Source: an uncultured Chloroflexia bacterium
Lineage (GTDB): Bacteria; Chloroflexota; Dehalococcoidia; GIF9; UBA5629
Direction: 5' to 3'
NCBI GenBank assembly: GCA_963775935.1
Contig: CAVZKR010000004.1
Span: 84,550 to 148,549, forward strand
Length of the DNA: 64,000 nucleotides
Shown: one piece after another, positions 42,300 through 52,205 of the stretch
Layout: every line of letters begins with the position of its first letter
How positions within the stretch are numbered: the first letter of the stretch is position 1
Made by a program: the position numbers and the translations under genes
Notes under the pieces: generated by a model
Database searches by the model: none
What the model was told of the DNA's origin: nothing
What the model saw: the letters and a program-made list of their open reading frames with translations, nothing else

Positions 42300-44921
42300 A
42301 TGAAAAAAGTTGGAGAGTCACAAAAAAGGACCCTGATTAAAGGCACCGGTTTAAGCTCGTGGAGCTTTGGCTCACACATGGCAGCAGTAGATGTTAAAGA
42401 CGGTAAAATTATCAGGATCAGAAATTTCCATTATGATTGGAAATATAAACCGGAGGAAGTCGCACCCTGGACAATGGAGGCACGGGGGATAAAATTACAA
42501 CTACCATTAAAATCGGCATTGGGGCCTTTTGGTTTGGGCTACAAGAAGCGCATCTATTCGCCAAACAGGATTTTATATCCCTTAAAGCGGGTTGACTGGG
42601 ATCCGAAAGGAGAAAGGAACCCTCAGAACCGGGGCAAGAGCAAGTACGTAAGAATATCCTGGGATGAAGCCCTGGATATAATCGTAAGCGAAATACGGAG
42701 AATCCGGAAACAGTACGGGCCGCAGGCTATCTACCTCCAGGGAGAGGGCCATGGTGAAACCAAAGCAGTCCATGGACCACACGGTTGTTTCAACCGGCTT
42801 ATGGGCCTGCTTGGCGGCGGCTACACGCTGCAGATGAGGAACCCAGACAGCTGGGAAGGCTGGTACTGGGGTGCCAAACATGTATGGTGCGGCGAGCCCT
42901 TCGGGATGATGCCGAACCCCACAAATCTTCTTTCCGATATCGCTGAAAACTCTGGTATGATTCTTTTCTGGGGCTGCGACACTACTACCACCACCCGAGG
43001 ATTTAACGGCGGCGATACCGTCAGTTTGGTATGCTACTGGTTCCGGGAACTGGGTATCAAGCAGATATACGTTTGCCCCGATTTGAACTACGGGGCGGCC
43101 GTTTTCGCTGATAAATGGATACCGGTGCTACCGGGCACCGACGCCGCCCTGCACCTGGCTATTGCCTATACCTGGATTACTGAAGGTACCTATGACAAAG
43201 AGTACCTGGAAACCCACGCCGTCGGCTTTGATAAGTTCAAGGACTATGTGCTCGGAAAGGAAGATGGCGTTGCCAAGACTCCTATCTGGGCAGCGGAGAA
43301 ATGTGGTGTACCCTCCAGGACGATAAAAGCGCTGGCCCGGGCCTGGGGATCGATAACGACGAGTATAATGCACGGGCTGGGTGGGCCCTATATCAGGGGG
43401 CCATTCTCCCATGAACCTGCCAGGCTCGAAGCCGTGTTACTTGCCATGCAGGGACTGGGCAAGCCGGGCACGCACCAGTTCTGCACGCATAACAAGGGGG
43501 TTTTCGGTTGCGAGGATCATCCCGAGTACCCGCCTCATCCCGGCAGCCTCATCAGCAATCCGCCGATAAATGTATTAGGTGCTTATCGCGGCTATAATCC
43601 TTTCCCCTACCTGGGACTGCCGAAGCAGATTATCCCCAAGACGATTCTTCATGATGCCATCTTGAAAGGCTCTTTCACGGTTCATGGCAGCTCGCTGCAG
43701 AGCACCCCGGTTGAAGAGCAGTTCATCAGGTACGATTACCCCGCCAAAGGCTGCTCGCCGATACACATGATGTGGGCCGATACCCCCTGCCTGATGACGT
43801 GCTGGAACGACAGCAATAGAAATGCCGAGGCGTACAACCATCCTTCTATAGAGTTCGTCCTCATCCAGCACCCGTGGATGGAAAATGACTGCCGATTTGC
43901 CGATATCCTGCTCCCGGTCAACACCAAGTTCGAGGAGAACGACATCGGGGTGGATACCGAAAGCTGGAATTGCGATACTCTCTTCCTTGAGGAAAAATGT
44001 ATCGAACCGATCGGGGAATCCAGGAGCGATTATGAAATTGTCTGCGCCATCGCCGAGAAGATGGGATTACTTAAAGAGTATACCGAGGGCAAGTCCATAG
44101 AGGAATGGATAAGGAACGGCTTTGATAAGTCCGGCATACCTGAACGGGGGCTAACGAGCTGGGAGAAGTTCAAGGAAAAGAAATACTACGTTGTTCCCCG
44201 TGACCCGAACTGGAAATCACGCCCGGCTGGCATGTATCAGTTCTATAAAGATTCAGAGAAAAACCCCTTGCCAACCCCGACGGGCAAACTGGAAATCTAT
44301 TCCCAAAGGCTGGCGGAAAAATTCCCCGATGATAAAGAAAGAGGCCCGTTACCACGCTGGATAGAGAAGAGCGATTTACACGACGAGAGAATCTCCGGCG
44401 AGCGCGCCAGGAGCTACCCGTTGCTCTGTATGTCCAACCACCCGAGGTGGAGGATGCATGCCCAGTTCGACGATGTCAACTGGTTTCACGAGATAGTGAC
44501 CTGCAAGGTCAAGGGCCCCGACGGCTACCTCTACGAGCCGGCATGGATTCATCCCAGCACTGCTGGGGAGAGAGGCATCCGCAGCGGTGACGTGGTGGAT
44601 GTTTACAACGAGCGCGGCCACGTGCTCTGCGGTGCCTACGTTACTGAGCGCATCATGCCCGGTGTAGTCTACGTGGACCACGGTGCGCGTTACGATCCCA
44701 TTGTACCCGGCGTAATCGAACGCGGCGGCGCTATCAACACCATCACCCCACATAACACCACCTCCAGGAATTGCGCTGGCATGGTTACCAGCGGCTTCCT
44801 GATAGAGTGCAAGCCGGCCGACCTGGACGGGCTGAGGAGAGAATATCCCGAGGCATTCGGCAGGCCTTACCACTACGCCTCCGGTCAGAAGTTTGAAGGA
44901 GTCTTAGTTGAAGGTAAATAG
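42300..44921 (+). CDS. Molybdopterin oxidoreductase (DMSO reductase family), pyrogallol transhydroxylase large-subunit-like
   Basis: VDVKDGKIIRIR, YSPNRILYPLKRVDWDP.GERNPQNRG, NPDSWEGWYWGAKHVW (Ser ligand), TPTGKLE, SNHPRWRMHAQ, molydopterin-binding C-terminal domain. Confidence 0.88.
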   Translation: MKKVGESQKRTLIKGTGLSSWSFGSHMAAVDVKDGKIIRIRNFHYDWKYKPEEVAPWTMEARGIKLQLPLKSALGPFGLGYKKRIYSPNRILYPLKRVDWDPKGERNPQNRGKSKYVRISWDEALDIIVSEIRRIRKQYGPQAIYLQGEGHGETKAVHGPHGCFNRLMGLLGGGYTLQMRNPDSWEGWYWGAKHVWCGEPFGMMPNPTNLLSDIAENSGMILFWGCDTTTTTRGFNGGDTVSLVCYWFRELGIKQIYVCPDLNYGAAVFADKWIPVLPGTDAALHLAIAYTWITEGTYDKEYLETHAVGFDKFKDYVLGKEDGVAKTPIWAAEKCGVPSRTIKALARAWGSITTSIMHGLGGPYIRGPFSHEPARLEAVLLAMQGLGKPGTHQFCTHNKGVFGCEDHPEYPPHPGSLISNPPINVLGAYRGYNPFPYLGLPKQIIPKTILHDAILKGSFTVHGSSLQSTPVEEQFIRYDYPAKGCSPIHMMWADTPCLMTCWNDSNRNAEAYNHPSIEFVLIQHPWMENDCRFADILLPVNTKFEENDIGVDTESWNCDTLFLEEKCIEPIGESRSDYEIVCAIAEKMGLLKEYTEGKSIEEWIRNGFDKSGIPERGLTSWEKFKEKKYYVVPRDPNWKSRPAGMYQFYKDSEKNPLPTPTGKLEIYSQRLAEKFPDDKERGPLPRWIEKSDLHDERISGERARSYPLLCMSNHPRWRMHAQFDDVNWFHEIVTCKVKGPDGYLYEPAWIHPSTAGERGIRSGDVVDVYNERGHVLCGAYVTERIMPGVVYVDHGARYDPIVPGVIERGGAINTITPHNTTSRNCAGMVTSGFLIECKPADLDGLRREYPEAFGRPYHYASGQKFEGVLVEGK

Positions 44922-44989
44922 TTATGTATCTTAAATTTTCATATTTTGTAGGTTTAATCGAAACTGGTTCTACGAAGTACTATATTTGA

Positions 44990-45062
44990 TAATCTGCCAG
45001 AATCTTCGATCTAAATTTATAATTCGCGAAATTGGGCGTATACGGGTATTCCTTTGCAGAAT
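44990..45062. repeat. Repeat family C copy 2
   Basis: AATCTGCCAGAATCTTCGATCTAAATTTATAATTCGCGAAATTGGGCGTATACGGGTATTCCTTTGCAGAA. Confidence 0.7.
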
Positions 45063-45176
45063 ATGGAGATATGTAATTGGGCTAGTTGTACCCGAACTTC
45101 AATATTCGGAGTATAGATAAGAGCTGCCCTGAGATATCCCCGTGCTCATGTTGAAAGATTTCAGAAAAGGTTAGAA

Positions 45177-46820
45177 TTATTCAGTTGATTCCTGATCTAC
45201 ACTCTGGTCGGCCAAAACGTGCTGTTTGCGCAGTGGGATTTCTTGAAGGAACCAGTTAATAATAAAAACCAAAATTGTTATAAAAAAGATAATCAAAAAT
45301 ACTGTGGTTAGACTTGAATTAAGAGCCTGACGCAGGAAAACAAGTACTTGTGCAGTAACAGCAGTATCTTGTAGTCCCAATTGGCTGGATAATATTCGCA
45401 GTTGTGTCTGCGGATCTGCACTAAGCAGAGGTTGCAAGTTACTTGCCAATGAAGATACTATATTCGGCGCTATACTGTCTTTTAGAGTTTCGGGTAACCT
45501 GAAAATAAAATCGGAGGCAAATCTATTGGTCAGTATTGATCCTAAAACTGCCAAACCTACAGCGCCGCCCATAGAGCGAAAGAAAGGCACCAGGGAAGTG
45601 GATACCCCAAGAAGGTTGTAGGGGACCGCATTCTGAATTGCAATAGTATAAAGTGGCATGGTCATGCCCAAACCGAAGCCCATAAAAATGATACTGATTA
45701 AAGCACTGGTAAAGCTGGTTTCGGTAGTCCATCTGGTAATAAAGAATAAGCCGATTACCATGATCCCCAGCCCTACAGCCCCCTGAAGCCGGTAATGTCC
45801 CCCTGTGCGGGAAAGAATTATGCCTGAAATAAAACTTCCCCCTACCTGGCCAAGTATCATAGGCGTTAAAAAGCTTCCACTCGCCGCAGCTGATAATCTC
45901 AATACCCCTTGAAAATAAAGGGGTATAAATATAATACCGCCAAACATAGCAACACCGATAAAGAAGATAATGGGAATTGATATAGCTATTACAGGGATAC
46001 TGAATATTCCCAAAGGTAGTATCGGCTCCTTGCTTCCTCTCTCTATAATTGGCAATAGAATGAGTGACAGTGCTGATACTACAAACAGGCTGATAATAGG
46101 AAAGGAAAACCATGGATACTCGCTACCACCCCAGGATAAGGCGAGTAACAATGGTATAACCGCAAATATGATTGCTGCAATGCCGGCATAGTCAATTTTG
46201 TGTTTTATATTATCTGTACGATAATTGGGGAAGAAAAAGATGAATAAAATGATATTCAGCACACCAAGCGGTATGTTGATATAAAAGATCCAGTGCCATG
46301 AAAAAGCATCGGTAATATATCCGCCAAGCACAGGCCCGATTACTGCTGACACTCCAAAAACGCTACTTATCAGACCCTGGAACTTGCCTCGTTCGGAAGG
46401 TGGGAACAGGTCACCAATTACGGTAAACGCATTGGCCATCATAATGCCTCCGCCAATTCCCTGGAAACCACGAAAGATGATAATCTGCAGCATAGTCTGG
46501 CTTAAACCTGAAAGGAAAGAACCGATAATAAAAATTGCGATCCCGGTCGTATAGAAATACTTTCGTCCGTACATATCGGTGAGCTTGCCGACTATTGGTA
46601 ATACAACGGTTGAAGTTACTAGGTAGCTGGTGGTAAGCCACGCATAATGATTAAGCCCACCCAGGTCGGCAACAATACGCGGCATAGCTGTACTGACTAT
46701 GGTCTGGTCCAGTGAACTTAGGAACATTGCCAGTAGTACACCAGCCAGGGTAATAAAAACCTGTTTCCGGGGTAACGAACGAAGCCCTATAACCTCTCTA
46801 TTTTCAACTTCAGTACTCAT
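45177..46820 (-). CDS. MDR MFS transporter DHA2 (14 TM)
   Basis: LDQTIVSTAMPRI, GKLTDMYGRK, ERGKFQG, WHWIFYINIP. Confidence 0.93.
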   Translation of the reverse strand: MSTEVENREVIGLRSLPRKQVFITLAGVLLAMFLSSLDQTIVSTAMPRIVADLGGLNHYAWLTTSYLVTSTVVLPIVGKLTDMYGRKYFYTTGIAIFIIGSFLSGLSQTMLQIIIFRGFQGIGGGIMMANAFTVIGDLFPPSERGKFQGLISSVFGVSAVIGPVLGGYITDAFSWHWIFYINIPLGVLNIILFIFFFPNYRTDNIKHKIDYAGIAAIIFAVIPLLLALSWGGSEYPWFSFPIISLFVVSALSLILLPIIERGSKEPILPLGIFSIPVIAISIPIIFFIGVAMFGGIIFIPLYFQGVLRLSAAASGSFLTPMILGQVGGSFISGIILSRTGGHYRLQGAVGLGIMVIGLFFITRWTTETSFTSALISIIFMGFGLGMTMPLYTIAIQNAVPYNLLGVSTSLVPFFRSMGGAVGLAVLGSILTNRFASDFIFRLPETLKDSIAPNIVSSLASNLQPLLSADPQTQLRILSSQLGLQDTAVTAQVLVFLRQALNSSLTTVFLIIFFITILVFIINWFLQEIPLRKQHVLADQSVDQESTE

Positions 46821-46850
46821 TTTTCATTATCAAAAGTTCCTTGTATTTAC

Positions 46851-47723
46851 TTAACGCACTATCAACAGAGCAGTTTGCCCTGCATGAAGTATTTTCTCAG
46901 TAACACTGCCAAATACCCAGCGGCTGACGTTTGACCGCCCGTGCGCGGATAGAGCAATAAGATCGATCTTTTGTTTTTCCGTGTAATCTATGATGGTCTC
47001 TGCCGCAGAACCCCAGATTACCTCAATTGAAACCCGGGTAGTTTTATTTTTTAGACGCTTTGCCTGATTCTTCAGGTATGAAACAGTTGCGTCCTTAATA
47101 TCCTCGTTCCTGGGAATAGCCAGAGACGCAAAAGTATCATAGCCTGCTACAAATTTAACAGGTTCAATGGCTTGAAATAGTATCAGCTCAGCATCCATTG
47201 CCAAGGCTAATGATTCTGCATATTCAATAGCTGCTTCTCCTGCGCTGGAACCATCCAGCGGTATCAGTATTTTCTTTATCAGTTTCGAATCATCAATGGC
47301 CTTGTCATTCAACGGTGCTCTTATAAGCAGAACCGGCTTTTTAGTAGCCCAGAGAATCTTGACCGCGACACCACCCAGAAGGGGCAATCTCTGCCCTGAA
47401 AAACCCCGACTTGCCATGGCGATCAAATCTGCGTTTATATTGTCGGCATAGTGCAAGATTTCTTTAAATGGATTGCCTTCAAGTACGTCATTTCGTACGC
47501 TGGATGCTGCACCTTTATGGGAATCCTTGAATAGCTGCTGCATCTGTTCAGTCATATGGTCTAAATAGGCATGATGGAGTTGGTCAACATCACTTATACG
47601 CCGATCGGCAACACTAACCAGGTTAATTTCAGTGCTTAAATGAATCCCAATAGACTCTACATAGGGAATTGTAATTTCTGCATTAGTCGATCCATCCAAT
47701 GGAACTACTATCTTCTTAAACAT
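46851..47723 (-). CDS. Tandem universal stress protein
   Basis: Two USP domains: KIVVPLDGS, DLIAMASRG; KILIPLDGS, DLIALSAHGRS..WVFGSVTEKIL. Confidence 0.93.
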   Translation of the reverse strand: MFKKIVVPLDGSTNAEITIPYVESIGIHLSTEINLVSVADRRISDVDQLHHAYLDHMTEQMQQLFKDSHKGAASSVRNDVLEGNPFKEILHYADNINADLIAMASRGFSGQRLPLLGGVAVKILWATKKPVLLIRAPLNDKAIDDSKLIKKILIPLDGSSAGEAAIEYAESLALAMDAELILFQAIEPVKFVAGYDTFASLAIPRNEDIKDATVSYLKNQAKRLKNKTTRVSIEVIWGSAAETIIDYTEKQKIDLIALSAHGRSNVSRWVFGSVTEKILHAGQTALLIVR

Positions 47724-47919
47724 TTCAAACTACCTCGTTTCAGTTGGCTAATATTAGTGTTATTTAGTGGGAGGATATAGTGAATTGGCCAGCCAGGGAT
47801 AATTGTAACACGCTCTATGTTAAAGTTGCTATGGTTATGACAAAACAGACAATTGTTACCCGTCGTTTCTCATTACTTTTCTCACTGTAAACAAAGGATA
47901 CTCTAACCACCTCGCTCCC

Positions 47920-47987
47920 TTTTCATCCCTTTGGGCGTACCCTTTCCTTAATCGCCCAATTCTTTCATTTGGCAAACAAATAAACTA
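47920..47987. repeat. Repeat family A copy 1 (TTGGGCG inverted-repeat element)
   Basis: TTTCAT..TTGGGCGTAC(47931)...CGCCCAA..TCATTTGGCAAACAAATAAACTA; abuts the stop codon of an integrase fragment. Confidence 0.75.
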
Positions 47988-48067
47988 TCTTACCAACCTA
48001 TCCACCGGACTTGCCAACACATGTCTCTTGAACACATCATCAAATCCCAATGCCTGAGTATATCTCC
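47985..48067 (-). pseudogene. Tyrosine recombinase 3'-end fragment (type II)
   Basis: RYTQALGFDDVFKRHVLASPVDRLVR*: starts at the catalytic-Tyr helix of a Xer/Int-type C-terminus. Confidence 0.75.
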
Positions 48068-48236
48068 ATTATGCTTGCGGGACTAACTTAAGTAGTGTAT
48101 AACTGTTGCTTGTAGTTTAATCAGCCGTGTAGCAATAAAAGCTATTTCGTTACACGTTATGTGAATTTGGTTCTTTTATAACCGTTCTTGGATTTATACT
48201 GGAAGTACGTATCACATGCTTTAGGAAAAGAGCTCA

Positions 48237-49454
48237 ATGGAATCAAAATATTGGCGGAAAAACCTTTACGTCATAGCTTTTGCTGAGTTTTTAGCTATAG
48301 CTGGTTTTACCATTATCAATCCTTTTTTGCCTCTCTATCTGCAACAATTTGGGAGTTTTACCAGCAAGGAAGCCGCATTCTGGTCGGGTATTGCTATAGG
48401 TGGCGGCAGTATAGCCATGTTCCTGAGCGCACCTATTTGGGGGATAGTAGCGGATCGCTTGGGACGTAAGCCCATGCTGCTTCGCTCTTTACTTGGTGGA
48501 GCTATTATTGTTGGGTTATACATTCTGGTATCAAATGTGTATGTCTTTATCGGATTACGGGTCATCCAGGGTATTTTTACCGGAACCGTGGCAGCTGCTT
48601 CAGCTTTGGTGGCAACAGTTACTCCCAGAGACAAAATACCTTTTGCGATGGGTATTCTCATGGGTGCAGTGTATGCCGGGAACAGCTTCGGTCCTCTGAT
48701 GGGTGGCTTTCTGGCAGATAGTTTTGGCTTCACTACTACTTTTATGGTTACAAGTGGTCTTCTTTTAACTGGGGGATTGCTGGTTCTATTCTCAACACAG
48801 GAACACTTTGTACCTCCCGCTAAGGAACAGCGAGTTTCACTTGTGAGCACATTACGCTTAGCTATTTCACCTGAATTATTGCCTTTACTTGTGGTTATTA
48901 TAGCTATAAATATGGGCCCACAGATGATATCGCCTATTATTACTCTTGTAATCAGTGAAATAAATCCGGGTGGAGATGTAGCAAGTGCTGCTGGTATGGC
49001 CTTCGCGTTGATGGGTGTAATTGCCTCTGTCTCGTCTTTTGTAATCAGTCGGATAAACAAACGTTTTTCTCTGAAAAATATTCTGATTTTTTCCTGCTTA
49101 GTTACCGGTCTACTCTATCTGCCTCCTATGTGGTCGCATACTATAACCCAGATTATCATCACAGTAGGTATTACCGGACTCCTTGTTGGAGGCACAATCA
49201 TTTCGTCGAACTCGCTTATTAGCTTTTCAGTACCTATCGAAAAGCAAGGAATAGCCTATGGATTATCACAAAGTGCTACCGCTTTAGGCAGAGGGTTGGG
49301 ACCCATAATCGGAGGAGGATTAGCCCCTTTAATTGGCCTCAGACCAGTTTTCGGTGTGATAGCGGGGATTTTTGTCCTCGTTGGCTCATTAAGTGCAATT
49401 CTATTATTCAGACGATCTTCCCTTGCAGTAAAGCAAAGTCAGATTGAAAAATAA
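48237..49454 (+). CDS. MFS transporter DHA1 (MdtG-like), paralog of 40833-42071
   Basis: Near-identical, collinear with the 40833 gene. Confidence 0.9.
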   Translation: MESKYWRKNLYVIAFAEFLAIAGFTIINPFLPLYLQQFGSFTSKEAAFWSGIAIGGGSIAMFLSAPIWGIVADRLGRKPMLLRSLLGGAIIVGLYILVSNVYVFIGLRVIQGIFTGTVAAASALVATVTPRDKIPFAMGILMGAVYAGNSFGPLMGGFLADSFGFTTTFMVTSGLLLTGGLLVLFSTQEHFVPPAKEQRVSLVSTLRLAISPELLPLLVVIIAINMGPQMISPIITLVISEINPGGDVASAAGMAFALMGVIASVSSFVISRINKRFSLKNILIFSCLVTGLLYLPPMWSHTITQIIITVGITGLLVGGTIISSNSLISFSVPIEKQGIAYGLSQSATALGRGLGPIIGGGLAPLIGLRPVFGVIAGIFVLVGSLSAILLFRRSSLAVKQSQIEK

Positions 49455-49828
49455 TTGGTTTACATTGATCAACTATAGATAGAACTGAGCTTTTATCCAT
49501 ATCTTTGTCGTAGCTTACAGCTATGCGCACTGTCGAGGTATGACCAAAACCTTGGGCACAATAAGTATAGTTCCATTATAACTTTCCGAACTTTATCACC
49601 CTCGAAAAAAGAGGTACAGTGTCTTCTTCGCATATTTTAAGCAAAACACGTGAACTTTTTGAAGTTGTGATTCTTGAAAATTTAGTAATACGAGTAATTG
49701 TATCGTCTGATTGTGAATCAAAAGGGTTAAATTCAGTACAATGGCGATTAATGCACATCAGCTAGAGTGATATAATAAAAGACGGAATGAGTGACCTATC
49801 GTGTTTTTCTGGATAGAGGAGTAAGACG

Positions 49829-49942
49829 ATGAGTAAGCGTGATAAGAAAAAGCATGCCAAGAAGGAGCATATTAATAAGTATGCCGACGGGCATAAGGGG
49901 AAGGGCAAAGGAGACAAAAAGCAGGGAAGTAAGAAGGATTAA
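49829..49942 (+). CDS. Small Lys-rich peptide, 37 aa (not in ORF track)
   Basis: AGAGGAG RBS; MSKRDKKKHAKKEHINKYADGHKGKGKGDKKQGSKKD*. Confidence 0.5.
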   Translation: MSKRDKKKHAKKEHINKYADGHKGKGKGDKKQGSKKD

Positions 49943-50086
49943 GAGAACTTTGTAAAGGAACAAGCAAATTGTGGTTTACTAAATAAGGCTCAGCAAGTCA
50001 CGCCACAAGATTACTTGATACTCAGCTTTCCCCAAAGAACCCCGCCTATCGTGTAAATAACCAGCAGCATTGACCCGGCAAACACC

Positions 50087-50225
50087 TAAATATAAAATGG
50101 CCTTTCTTTCTAAAATTCTATTGTATGATAAGGGGAAATCTGCTCAGACAATTCAGTTTTCATCAGATTGGGCGTACGACTTATTTGATGCGTGGATTTC
50201 CGCATTGTAGCAACGAATAGCTATA
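50087..50225. repeat. Repeat family A copy 2 (with extended upstream homology to 53548-53617)
   Basis: ctaaatata..tggcctttctt..atgataagg..atct..gttttcat..TTGGGCGTAC(50168)..GCATTG(50202). Confidence 0.75.
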
Positions 50226-50351
50226 TCAAAGCGGCCGGGAGCATGAAAAAGTTAGAAAATCTTGAGCAATGGATATTATGTAATGCGTATGGCATAAATT
50301 TGGATTTGATAGGTTGAATACACTAGCCTGGTCTATTTATAGTTTGAAGTG

Positions 50352-50425
50352 ATAATCCGCAAAATTCTGGGGTTCAAATTAATAGGTCATGGGATTGGGC
50401 GCAGGACACACCTTCGATGTAGAAT
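50352..50425. repeat. Repeat family C copy 3
   Basis: ATAATCCGCAAAATTCTGGGGTTCAAATTAATAGGTCATGGGATTGGGCGCAGG. Confidence 0.65.
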
Positions 50426-50499
50426 TCATTGATATTAAACAGACAAGAACAAGAAAGAATGCAAGGTAAATAACTGACTTGAGTAAAATCAGTTGGTTT

Positions 50500-51245
50500 T
50501 CAAGCATGAGTTATATTCAATTTAGCTATCCTTTTATTTACAGATGAATGGGTAACATATTCAACATTCCATCTAGTATTTGGTTCTAGTTTCCGTAAAG
50601 CTGAGACATATATTTCTGGGTTAACCTTTTTGGATGCCACATAATCTGCTTCGTATTCATTATGATGGCTTATGCTCATATATGCGAGTAGGCACGCCGA
50701 CAACATTATCAATGCAGTTACCGCATTATCAGGTGGTCTTGGGATTATCCGCGCCAACAATATTATTGTAATAGCAATGCAAAATATCTTTCTCACATAA
50801 TGCCAATCTGGAATCACATAACACTTTTTGGCATGTACGAATTCATGAGCAACAAAAGCAAATTGCTCTTGTTCCGAAAGCTGATTAAACAAATGTTCGC
50901 CTAATAACAATTGCTTCCCAAAGCCATTCCATCCGATATTGTTCAAGCCTTTGACCTTTTTGAAAGGATTTTTTTATTCAATTCAATTCCCATATTATCA
51001 GCCAGTCGTCTGAACTCAGGAAATTCTACATAAGTGTATGGCCTTTTCCGAAAAATTTCTTTACTATTCCAGATTACTGCTAGAGCTTGCCATACTACGA
51101 TAATGGCAGAAACTATAATTAAGCCTAAGGATATAGTATTAACCGGGTTAAAAGGAACAAAAGAATATATGTATCCAAAAACAAGTGATACAGCACACGA
51201 AACTAGTACAATTTTATAGGTATTATTATAAATATTTATCTTCAT
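50500..51245 (-). CDS. M48/HtpX-like membrane zinc metalloprotease (one indel near 50950)
   Basis: Two N-terminal TMs, AFVAHEFVH (HExxH), NEYEADY, THSS..KRI. Confidence 0.75.
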
Positions 51246-51391
51246 TTATTTGCCTGTCGCCATTATGGTAAATCATGGAATTGCCTCAATGAACAACTAA
51301 CCTGATATTGCTTTTGGTTCAGTATTCCATCAGGTTATCACTGGGTGTATAATCAATGCAACTTGGTATTAAGAATTCCCTGGAGGTGCAT

Positions 51392-52195
51392 ATGGCTGAA
51401 AATGCCATAGTAATGTGCAAATACTGTAGAAAAGCATTGCCTCTTGATTATGAAGGTAATTGTCCTTATTGTGGGAAAGCAGGTAAGCAAGTGATAGCTT
51501 CATTCCGAGCAACCGTGGGCTTAAAAGCTACAGAAGAATATGAAGGCATTTACGAAGTGCCCGAAGCTGCTCGTTATATTGCAGCGACCACTACTTTGTT
51601 TTCACGGCAATTAAAACACATTAGCTCACGCAATTTGTTATTGTGGATTAAGACTGGCTTAGCATTGCCAACTTTGTCTAACATTCCCGCGAGAGAAATG
51701 GTTATTACCTTTGAAGATATGATTTCAATGAGGATCATAGCGTTATTAAGAGCAGCAGGGATCAGTTTTCCAAAAATAAAAGAGGCGGAAAAATATCTCA
51801 GAAAGTTAACAGGGAATCCTCGCCCTTTTGCGACTGAGCAAATATGGATTGGATACACGCATATTTTCTCCGAGTTTGAAGCATTTATAGTTGCAGCCAG
51901 CAAATCTGGACAAATGGGCATGGATTTTATCAAGGAAGATTTGAAATCTGTTCATGGTTTGACTTTTAATGAAAGACACGTCGCTTCAACTTGGGCTCCT
52001 TATAGGGATATACTTTTAAGTCCCTCAATACAATTTGGTAGACCATGTATAGCTGGGACGAGAATTCCAACCAAAACATTAGCTAATATGGTTAGAGCTG
52101 GAGACGCGATAGAATTTGTAGCTGAATCCTATGGGTTAGAAATGAACAAAGTAAAGCATGCTTTTGAATGGGAAAATATTTTAGTCACTAAATGA
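51392..52195 (+). CDS. DUF433/HTH antitoxin (VapB45-like) with extra N-terminal zinc ribbon
   Basis: CKYC..CPYCG, Y.VPEAARY HTH, ITFEDMISMRIIALLRAAGIS, IQFGRPCIAGTRIPT. Confidence 0.8.
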   Translation: MAENAIVMCKYCRKALPLDYEGNCPYCGKAGKQVIASFRATVGLKATEEYEGIYEVPEAARYIAATTTLFSRQLKHISSRNLLLWIKTGLALPTLSNIPAREMVITFEDMISMRIIALLRAAGISFPKIKEAEKYLRKLTGNPRPFATEQIWIGYTHIFSEFEAFIVAASKSGQMGMDFIKEDLKSVHGLTFNERHVASTWAPYRDILLSPSIQFGRPCIAGTRIPTKTLANMVRAGDAIEFVAESYGLEMNKVKHAFEWENILVTK

Positions 52196-52205
52196 AAATG
52201 TAACC

